From Schizochytrium sp. TIO01 (Eukaryota > Protista > Bigyra: Labyrinthulomycetes): a stretch of 64,000 nucleotides of DNA. Positions 55,454-64,000 of the stretch are shown here, piece by piece (position 1 is the stretch's first letter; each line of letters starts with the position of its first letter). Made by a program: the position numbers and the translations under genes. Under the pieces are notes generated by a model. The model saw nothing but the letters and a program-made list of their open reading frames with translations. It did not search any database and was not told where the DNA came from. The stretch lies in assembly GCA_004764695.1 (NCBI GenBank), contig SMSO01000037.1, forward strand, positions 1,402,747-1,466,746, given 5' to 3'.

Positions 55454-56782
55454 CTAAATATAACGTTGAGCCAACTTGAAAATAGCTTGTACACCCCGTT
55501 CAATTTGCTTACGAGAAGTCATGGAGACACTCACACGCACAGAAGAAAGACAACGTTTATTCATCTCGCGCATTGTCGCCAAGGTCTCTTGATCTTTAGG
55601 GAATTCATAAGTCATGACACAACGTTTGGCAGGCATAAACCTTATGCCCAGATCTATACAATCCCGCTGGAAAGCCTCAGAGCTTGTATCTTCCCAAGGT
55701 CCTTGCAGCATTGTAAAGTAACCTCCCCGTGACCGATGCCAAATCTTAAGTCCAAGATTTGCAGGTGCCGCCTCAATCGCATCCGCAAAAAGATTGGTCC
55801 GTTCACCTAACTCGCGACGTAGCATTTTCAAATGGCTATCAACAAACTCATGGTCCTGTAGCATTTCGGCTATCAGCATGCAAGAAATGGGATTCACACC
55901 TCCACCGCTTGTGATACTGCCTGAGTTTGTGTACAGTTTACGCACCTCAGCTGGGTCACCTTGCACCCAGCCTGCCCGTAAGCCAGGTGCAAATATCTTT
56001 GAGAATGACACCAAGCTGATGATGCGGTGGCTACCAGGGAGGTTTTGTTCTCTCGCAATAGATGCACCATGCGGAATGACAGACCCTGTGAAAGAAAGAA
56101 AGTTGTAAGGTTCATCGAGTAAAAAGTAGGTGTTATATTCCTCAGCAAGTGCAGCTAGTCTTTCTATGTCGTGACGCTGGACCTCTAAACCAGTTGGGTT
56201 ATGGAACGTCGGGCACAAGTACACAAGAGCAAATGGGAACTTTTTGTCTCGTTGCCTTAGCTCGCGTTCAACTGCAGAAATAATATCATCAGTGCGCGGA
56301 AGACCAATTACCTTGGAGCATCCTGCATCACGGAGGATCTTTTCAGCGTGGTAGTATGAAGGTACCTCAACTAGGCACTCGCGTCCACATTCTTGGTATT
56401 CAAGATTACAGGGGTCTTCACTTTGTCGAATTATGCCTCTTGCGAGGATCCCTAGAGCCGCACTGGTGCTAGCACTGGCAAATATTTCTTCAGGTTGCAC
56501 TGGACACCTAAGATGCCGAGTAGCGAATTCTGCGACCTTCTCCCGAAATGGGAGCGGCCCAGCTGTCAGCCCATACTGCAAAGACATTGGATTATCTGCA
56601 ATAATGTTGGTCGCAACTTGCTGCATGGCAGAAGCTAACCTTTTGCTGGGAATCAGGTCTGCCCCGGGCTGACCTTTGTCGAAGGATACTGGCGCACCAG
56701 GTACATCGAGAGTACCCTCTCCAGACCAGTACTGTGGCTGTACAGGAGGAGGCATTACATTGTCGTCTTGTTTGCTCTTCAT
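55454..56782 (-). CDS. PLP-dependent class I/II aminotransferase (Aro8/LysN/YER152C-like), 442 aa
   Basis: KGQP..DLIP, LQYG..AG...FRE, LVEVPSY, YLCPTFHNPTG, DEPY and SFSKIFAPGLRAGW (PLP lysine), plus a C-terminal RVS. Confidence 0.92.
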   Translation of the reverse strand: MKSKQDDNVMPPPVQPQYWSGEGTLDVPGAPVSFDKGQPGADLIPSKRLASAMQQVATNIIADNPMSLQYGLTAGPLPFREKVAEFATRHLRCPVQPEEIFASASTSAALGILARGIIRQSEDPCNLEYQECGRECLVEVPSYYHAEKILRDAGCSKVIGLPRTDDIISAVERELRQRDKKFPFALVYLCPTFHNPTGLEVQRHDIERLAALAEEYNTYFLLDEPYNFLSFTGSVIPHGASIAREQNLPGSHRIISLVSFSKIFAPGLRAGWVQGDPAEVRKLYTNSGSITSGGGVNPISCMLIAEMLQDHEFVDSHLKMLRRELGERTNLFADAIEAAPANLGLKIWHRSRGGYFTMLQGPWEDTSSEAFQRDCIDLGIRFMPAKRCVMTYEFPKDQETLATMREMNKRCLSSVRVSVSMTSRKQIERGVQAIFKLAQRYI

Positions 56783-58461
56783 GATGGTTGTCGAAGTAGT
56801 CTATGATAGAGACCGATTGCGTGTTTGCTTTGCTCCTTCGACAAACCTCCTGATAAACTACTACTACGTAGGTGCCTACTACCTTCCTAACGTCCTATCC
56901 AGTCTTACGAATAGCTCGTTCATTAGGTTAGGTACACACGTGTGCAGACCCAAAGATACCTCCAACCCACGATATCGATAGACAAAAGAAGCTATACTCC
57001 ACTGATATCTCTGCTACGAGCTGGTAGTAGACCTGAAAACATACTCATGAGCCGATCGTATCGCCATACTAATGAAGCAGTACAAATTCTATTATGACGG
57101 TGCAGAAGTTATTACTCCTGGGTCATAAAGTCAATGTTAAAACCAGCTTCATTACAAGCAAAGTTGGCTACATTGATCTTTATGAAATTGTCCAATGGGT
57201 GAAACACCTTTTTCAATTTAGAAATCATCATAAAGTGAACATGGTGGGCTTGGCCGTAAGAGCTGACGCGGACAGTGACTTGAACAACCCGATACTGGGC
57301 ATGTCAGAAGGTTATTTCTCTTGTTGCAGGTCTGCTGTCGAGCTAGACTAGCAGATTATTTGAAAGCAATGGTAGAAAACCTAACACTCCTCTTGTTGTC
57401 CCACAGAGTTGCAATAGCCCTCAATAAGTTGAAATATAATGTCCATCGAAAGCTTCAAGAATGAGATGGTTCTGTTAAATCTCCATGCCTAAGTTGGAGC
57501 TGCATATCCTGTTCTGCTTGCAAGGAACCGAATACATATTCTACGATTCAATGTTGGTGGTCATCCAGCTTGATAAGTCCTTTGCACTTGTCAGATAACC
57601 ACTGATTATAAATACATAGCGTGCGGCTGTAAGCAAACTTCAAGCTCCAGAACAATATGTTTGCTTAGACAACTCTGTAACAGTCTTGAATAATTAGGTG
57701 ATCAGGGTGCTTGAATTGGTTTCACGAGTTTGACAAAACGTTTCCAGCTGATAGTACTACATTGGCGTATTTTGCACGTGCAAAATTCCTAGTTTGAAGT
57801 GCACATTGAGCGCTCAGGACTCATGATTCAAACTACAGCTTTAGCTTCAAACTCAGGTTCCCCACCTGTTCTATTTTGTTTGTATTTTTGTGGGGGGACG
57901 GGAATACAATGCGGTACTTCAATACTATCAAAAAAAGTACGCATAGAGCATACTTTCATATATCGTCACGCTTGAGAGCCCTTTTACCTTCGCTAGTCAG
58001 AGGCTGTTCCTATTAACTGTTGGACGTCAAATTGGGTACAGTCTCAAGTCAAATCATACTATCTCCTACTTAGTGCGGTTTGAAATTTGAGCAGTCATAC
58101 AACTTACCTGATACCAAGTTTGTAACAAACTAACAAAGGGTAGTGTTATCTATCATATAGTAGGAGTTTAAAGGCTTATGACGTTATTCGAATGCAAGTC
58201 ATTGCAAAGCTTTCCTAAAGCCACCAGCAGCGATCTCCAATCATAGTGTCACGTTAGCATATGTCCAAAATAACGAACCTCCAGAGAGGTCGAGGCAGAA
58301 AAGGTACACGACACTATCTAGCCGAAATATTTAATTCTCACGGCTCTTTGCATGCTTTTGTGTACCTACGTTTTGGAGCTTTTTGCTTGTTGCTACATGA
58401 CATTATTTCTCCTCTTTGCAGCAGTTTTTTTTTCTTTCTCTCTTTCTCTTATTTTTTCTTC

Positions 58462-58706
58462 TTCTTCAAGTTCGTTAGCTTCTTCAAGTTCGTTAGCTTC
58501 TTCAAGTTCGTTAGCTTCTTCAAGTTCGTTAGCTTCTTCAAGATCTTTAGCCTTTTCAGCTTCTTCAAGTTCTTCAGGTTCTTTAGGTTGTTAAGATCAC
58601 TTCTATTGCCATCACTTTTATTTCTTTCTTCTTCTTCTTCTTCTTCTTCTTCTTTCTTCTTCTTCTTCTTCTTCTTCTTCTTCTTCTTCTTCTTCTTCTT
58701 CTTCTT
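58462..58706. repeat. 18-bp minisatellite (TTCTTCAAGTTCGTTAGC x4 plus degenerate 9-bp units) followed by a long (TTC)n run
   Basis: Perfect units start at 58462, 58480, 58498 and 58516; (TTC)n covers about 58626-58706. Confidence 0.92.
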
Positions 58707-59646
58707 GTTGTTGAAGAAAGACATTTCTTCTGTTGCTATGTATTGCCTATGCTGACTAGCCTTAATGAAGCTATCGCTGTTGCTGGGTACCTGCTACCTA
58801 CTGTTTATACTTGCTGTCTGCTGGAGCTTTCTCGTCTCGCTCCTCCTGCTCCCCGCGGCAGTCCCCATTCTGCTCTTCGTCTTTGGCTTTGCTCCAGGCT
58901 CGCTGAGTTGGTTTCCAAGTTTGCTTGCGCCTGAGAGAAGCTGCTTCTCTCGTCGGGTTTCGAGCACTTGAAGGAGAGAAGAACAGACACTCACTTAGGC
59001 CCATGGACTAACGCCTAAGTGGGGGCCACGGACTAAGCAACTCTTAACTCGATGGCTAGCAGCAAACACACCCAGTGCTAGGCAGTAGGTAGGGTAGTAG
59101 GTAGTGGGGTAGGAGGTAGTAGGCACTACCTACTCCACAGCATAGAATTCTTAGATACCTTCCTTTCTTCATTCATAAAATACAGACTAAGCAGGCAGGC
59201 ACAGACAGACAGCAGACGCAGGCTTGGTCAGACACAGACATAGAAAGGCAGGGGGCCGCTGCGTGGTGAACTGGGCTCAAAGACACCTGTTCGTTCGTCT
59301 GGCAGTTCATTTGTTTAACTCATTTATCTGAGTAGTTTATCTATCTATCTATCTATTGTTCCGTCTGGCAGCGATTCTCTTTTGTGCGCGAAGCAATTTT
59401 GAAAATATCACACGAGCTTTCTGCACTTGAAGCAATCATTCACGCTAACAACGGGCCAAGCATAGACGCGAGGAGGTCAGGACAAACGGAAGGCATAACT
59501 TCAATCAACGGAGGGATAAATAAACAGAAACTCAGGAAACAAACGAAGCAACGAGACAGCACCGAAGGGGAAGGAATATCAGTCTAAAAAACCAAGAAGG
59601 TATACATTTCCCATCGATCTGTGCTCCATTTATTTCATACTATGCA

Positions 59647-62600
59647 ATGTTGCAATCTATGCTAAATCCGCTTCAAAAGGTATTTGATGTCCCTTTCAAA
59701 CGAGTCATTAAATTCGCCTTGAAATCCTCCCTCGGACGATTTCTGCAACACGACCTCCACTTTGAGCAGTTCTGTGTAAGTCTTAGCAGCGGACACGCAG
59801 AACTACATGATTTGGAGCTGGATACTGAGGAAATATGTCGTGCTCTTGGGGCAGAGGAGCTTCCGTTTGATTTAGCCTCAGTTCGCGTTGGTCTTGTTCG
59901 CGTTGAGGCTTTTGGTGGCGATGAAGAAGGGCTCTTTGTGCATTTGGCTCGAGTGGAAGTTCATATCCGACCCCGAAATGGACACAAGTCATCCAAAAGT
60001 TCAAAAGATGTGCATACTGTAGATAATGATAAAAACGAATCACAATCGAGCTTCCAGAGCCGGCAGTCTAGGTATTCTCGCAAAGACTCTACAACAAAGC
60101 CTGCAGGAACAGAGGCTGAGCGGAAAAAACCACTCCCTGCTGATCTAGAACTTGAGGACCCAGACATTGACTATGGAGAGTCCCTGGAGACTCCGCTAGA
60201 TTCTGAGCTAAGCCAAGCTGCTATGGATGGCCTCGATACTCTAGGTCGCTGGATCGAAGAATATGCTGCGGGACTACGAATTGAGGCCGTTGATGTAGCA
60301 ATATATGTTTCTGCAGGATCGGCACCTGGCTCAGACATACCGAATTCGGAACAAAAACCTATGCTAATACTGCGATGTCCACGGATGTTGTTTGGAGCTA
60401 CAACAGCGGATGGACCTGATCCTTCCCAGAACAGTGGAGAACCACCCTCCTCCTCGTCAACTGCCGGAAAGTCTAACACAGCGGTGGTGGAAAGATCAAT
60501 CAAGATTGATGAAACCACTTTGCACATTAAATATACCGACTCGATCTCATCAGAGAGCAAAGAACACTGCGTTGCACGCATAAAGAAAGGTACAACTGCA
60601 CAAGTGCGGACAAGCCTACAAAATGATGTGACAATAGTAGTACCCTCTATTTTAGCTGTAATCAATCCAACCTTGTGGAACATTGCTTTGGAGATGGCAG
60701 ACAAGTTCACGAAACATGAAACCCCGTCATCTTCAGTAACAAAGGTAGGGCTGCCCGGAATAACGACGATGAAACCTGCAGCAGCAACGATGACGACTCC
60801 TGTTTCAGGACTGGCAACATCTGTGGCTGAAGATTTAAAGAGACATATTACGAAACAGGGTGGAACAGAAGAAGAAGAAGATTACGATTTTGGCTCTCAC
60901 TCAGATGTTGATGAATTCTTTGATGCTGAGGATGGCTCAAGTGATTCATTTGTAGCAGGAGAGGGGAAAGCCGGCGAGAGTGCTAGTATGCTGTATGGTT
61001 CATTGACATCTACTCCACACCAGGATTTAAACTCCAGCATTGAAAACAACCCGTTATCGATCAGGGTTGTGTTGCAGAGACTACAGGTAGAGTTTATGTA
61101 CAGATCAAGTCAATCATGTGGGTTGCAAACGCCTGCACCAATTCGAAGAGTTCTAGACCGATGGCCTGACGAAGCTGATACAGCAAGTGAAATCGCAACA
61201 AACGTAAGCCCCGCGGACTCGTTCAGCTCTGATTCTGTACTTTTACGGCAACTAAATGGTAATCTTAGTCGTCACGACTCTGAACCCCGTCCTGCTGATC
61301 TCGCAAGGCTCATCCTGCAGGTAGAGGGAGCGCAGTTCGCTGCAAACCTTGCTGAGCAGGGTAATAAATTGCGCGCAAATATTACGCTTCAACGCTTTGG
61401 AGCCTTAGAGTTGCTTCCAAACTGTTCTCATGGATCTCTTTCCAAATCGACTCAGTTTTCCATACACCGTGTACTCGATATGCAACCTAACAAAGACGAG
61501 GTGGCATGCCATGTGGATCTTGTTCGTGGGACGTCTATGCTCGTGCAACTATCTGCTTTAGCATTGAGTTGGGACAACGGGATGGTCGCTCAGCGAATGG
61601 CTGCTTACTTACCTGAACCAAGTCCTCGGGCAGAAGACTCTGAAAGTCAAAACCGGAGACCAGGACCCGCAGCAAATAGCACCAATTTATCGAATGCAAG
61701 CAATTCCAGCGCAGACTTTCATCTTCGCGTAGTCTCCCCACGTGCATTAATTATATTGCGTGTTCCCTCATCACTTCCGAAAGTAAAAGATACAGAACTC
61801 TACGATATGGCTGCAGATTGGCTCCCTGAAGCGATGGTACTTGATATGTGCAACGTGAGTGCGCAAACAGGGTCGGCTGCTCGACAAGAGGAGCCACACC
61901 GATTGGGGATAAACGATGGGAGTGGAGGGATGGGTCGATCTGCATTCTATGATGAAGTAGAGGAACTTCGCAACGTAATTTGGAGTTTAGTGCTTGATTT
62001 TACTCGGGTACGCGCAGGGGTAAAGCAAATCGAAGCAGGAGCATTGCCCTTGCATATCCGTGAAAAACTTCTTGGAAATTCTTCTACATGGGCACTTGTT
62101 GTTGATGGAGCGAACGGAAGTAATTCAGATGCACCCCGCCTTTCAGTAAGCGTTCGGCAGCCGTTTACCAGCCCTATGCAATCTGAGAGAACATCCCTTG
62201 CTGCGTTATCGTTGGCACGCAGATCGCGGCGTGCATTTAAACGCAGAGTGCACCAGCGTCGCGCTCCAGGAGAAGAAGGCGGAAGTCACGCTGACCCTGC
62301 TGGTGATCATGACCTGGACAAAGATCAGGAGCCACCTTTATATGAAGTAATGGAGGCTGTTTCTACGCATGGATTTTGCACTGCTGATACTGCAGTTCGC
62401 TTGCTTTGCCCTGATGCTGTTATGTCAATTGACCGAGTCCAGTATCATAGTCTGAATGCTGCTTTGCAGTTAATTCTTGGATCTTTACCTTCCTTTACAC
62501 GCGGTCTTGAAAATGACTGTGAAGTCAATGCTTATGAGGAAAGAATCATGGAGGATGCACCACAAGAAGGAACTTTTAAATATAAAGAAAAAGAAGATGT

Positions 62601-64000
62601 CTTGTTTAAGCAAGATGAGGAGCCTTTGGTCTATGGGCAAGACCCTCAATCGTTCGATGTACTCACTTCGAGCTTTTGGGATGACGAGGACAACCCTAGC
62701 AATTCAAATAACAGTGAACCAGACATAGCCCGGGGACATGCTGAAGTGTGTGGTGTGGTGTTAAGTCATGCATCAAGCACATTTTTTCAGATGTGCAGTC
62801 GTGGTGGGCGTGTCGAACTCATTGACAAGCTTACTCCTGACTTCGAACTGGATTATTCAGGGTTAGAGCTGATTGTTGTTGACTCCAAAACCATGGCTGA
62901 AGCACAGGATGTGACTCTTCTTGAATCCAGTGCCTCGTATCACTATGGAGGTGGTTCTAGCCTAGAACCCATTTTCCATAGTACAAAATGGGGTCGGAAC
63001 GAAAGTTCTTCGCCCCTTTTGCAGATTTTCATGGATGGAGATCCGCAGCTAGCAGCAAAGAATACCAGCGTTTTGCACGTCTGTGTTGATGGTTTGACGT
63101 TACAGCTCCTTCCTCAATCCCTGTGGCTCCAAAAACTTTCTGACTTTTTGACATCTGCTCCTCCCCCAAATGCAGTAGGTGCTCATGACATGCGAAGCCA
63201 AAAGCCAGCCAGCAACTCAGGAGAGGCTTGCACGTCGCAAGTCCCCCTTGTGAGTTACACAGAAGTCACAATTGAGTTCTTTGATGCGGTAGTAGAATAT
63301 CGGAGCTGCGAAAGGCCTCAAAATATGGCACTAGTTGGTCTCGGTATGGTACGCATGTCATCAAATGTGGCGTCCCCTGTTGTCCGTGATCAGTCTTATC
63401 ACTTGACTGCTAGAGATTTTGCATTATATGTATCGAATGATGCACCTAAGCAAGAACCGTCGCGTATTGGTTATGAATTACTATCTTCAAAGTCAAGCCC
63501 TTTCGCCTCAATTGAAGACTTTGTGGCATCGATGCTTTTCGCTAAAGTGGCATCTCTTGATATGGTCGAGCTATTCATTCGATGCCGAAATCTCTCTGCG
63601 GAGGCTCAAGAGCGTAAGGCGAATCGAATGAGCGCTGATGTCGATGTTGATCCAGACACGGACTATGAGGTTTCGATTCCTAATGTCTCCCTTTACAGTT
63701 GCACAGATTCATTTTGTACCTTGGAAGGCTTGATGCATGACCTTATTGTTGAGCTAAGTGGGCGCAGCCCTGATGTACCCGTACCAAAAGAAGAGGAATC
63801 AACGGATTTCGAGAATCCAATGCTCAAATCTATGGAGTCTCTGGACAACACAATATATTCTGCTGCTACAGAGAACATGCTTGATAATCAAGAAGATGAA
63901 GCAAGGTGCATGGAGTTGCAAGCGCCTAATGTGGTTCGAGAGCCGTTTGCAGAGGCTGAGGATATACCTGATAAGAAAATATCTGACACTGGCGCTCCAG
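59647..64000 (+). CDS. ATG2: Autophagy lipid-transfer protein ATG2 (partial, runs off the window)
   Basis: Missing from the supplied ORF track, consistent with no in-frame stop before the window end. N-terminus KRVIKFALKSSLGRFL..DLHFEQF.VSLSSGHAELHDLELD is chorein-N/ATG2-like; TEVTIEFFDAVVEYR and SLYSCTDSFCTL correspond to the ATG2 CAD-motif region. Confidence 0.85.
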   Translation, partial: MLQSMLNPLQKVFDVPFKRVIKFALKSSLGRFLQHDLHFEQFCVSLSSGHAELHDLELDTEEICRALGAEELPFDLASVRVGLVRVEAFGGDEEGLFVHLARVEVHIRPRNGHKSSKSSKDVHTVDNDKNESQSSFQSRQSRYSRKDSTTKPAGTEAERKKPLPADLELEDPDIDYGESLETPLDSELSQAAMDGLDTLGRWIEEYAAGLRIEAVDVAIYVSAGSAPGSDIPNSEQKPMLILRCPRMLFGATTADGPDPSQNSGEPPSSSSTAGKSNTAVVERSIKIDETTLHIKYTDSISSESKEHCVARIKKGTTAQVRTSLQNDVTIVVPSILAVINPTLWNIALEMADKFTKHETPSSSVTKVGLPGITTMKPAAATMTTPVSGLATSVAEDLKRHITKQGGTEEEEDYDFGSHSDVDEFFDAEDGSSDSFVAGEGKAGESASMLYGSLTSTPHQDLNSSIENNPLSIRVVLQRLQVEFMYRSSQSCGLQTPAPIRRVLDRWPDEADTASEIATNVSPADSFSSDSVLLRQLNGNLSRHDSEPRPADLARLILQVEGAQFAANLAEQGNKLRANITLQRFGALELLPNCSHGSLSKSTQFSIHRVLDMQPNKDEVACHVDLVRGTSMLVQLSALALSWDNGMVAQRMAAYLPEPSPRAEDSESQNRRPGPAANSTNLSNASNSSADFHLRVVSPRALIILRVPSSLPKVKDTELYDMAADWLPEAMVLDMCNVSAQTGSAARQEEPHRLGINDGSGGMGRSAFYDEVEELRNVIWSLVLDFTRVRAGVKQIEAGALPLHIREKLLGNSSTWALVVDGANGSNSDAPRLSVSVRQPFTSPMQSERTSLAALSLARRSRRAFKRRVHQRRAPGEEGGSHADPAGDHDLDKDQEPPLYEVMEAVSTHGFCTADTAVRLLCPDAVMSIDRVQYHSLNAALQLILGSLPSFTRGLENDCEVNAYEERIMEDAPQEGTFKYKEKEDVLFKQDEEPLVYGQDPQSFDVLTSSFWDDEDNPSNSNNSEPDIARGHAEVCGVVLSHASSTFFQMCSRGGRVELIDKLTPDFELDYSGLELIVVDSKTMAEAQDVTLLESSASYHYGGGSSLEPIFHSTKWGRNESSSPLLQIFMDGDPQLAAKNTSVLHVCVDGLTLQLLPQSLWLQKLSDFLTSAPPPNAVGAHDMRSQKPASNSGEACTSQVPLVSYTEVTIEFFDAVVEYRSCERPQNMALVGLGMVRMSSNVASPVVRDQSYHLTARDFALYVSNDAPKQEPSRIGYELLSSKSSPFASIEDFVASMLFAKVASLDMVELFIRCRNLSAEAQERKANRMSADVDVDPDTDYEVSIPNVSLYSCTDSFCTLEGLMHDLIVELSGRSPDVPVPKEEESTDFENPMLKSMESLDNTIYSAATENMLDNQEDEARCMELQAPNVVREPFAEAEDIPDKKISDTGAP

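Noticed and set aside
58261-58755. Poly-Lys/Glu and poly-Phe/Ser ORFs
   Set aside because: Translations of (TTC)n and the 18-bp minisatellite; no independent coding evidence.

Overview
Eukaryotic nuclear DNA with long, almost intronless genes and microsatellite-rich spacers. A thraustochytrid/labyrinthulomycete such as Aurantiochytrium is my best guess (inference only). Order: a 13.8-kb non-coding stretch with repeated promoter-like modules; a bacterial-type GlmS/GFAT; an RP2/TBCC-domain ORF joined by a +1 frame break to a clathrin light chain; spliced PIG-F; a decayed WAC-domain-like pseudogene; a microsatellite field; a PMCA-type Ca2+-ATPase; PIG-W; a 3461-aa BEACH protein; an orphan ORF with a second +1 frame break; two tandem D-amino acid oxidases convergent on a PLP class I aminotransferase; and the 5' part of ATG2, running off the right edge. 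The strongest candidate for an undescribed system is the DAO-DAO-aminotransferase trio, a possible D-to-L amino-acid stereoinversion/scavenging cluster. Next are the RP2-clathrin light chain fusion with its +1 junction and the GFAT/PIG-F/PIG-W neighbourhood. I recognised no rRNA, tRNA, CRISPR array or intact mobile element.
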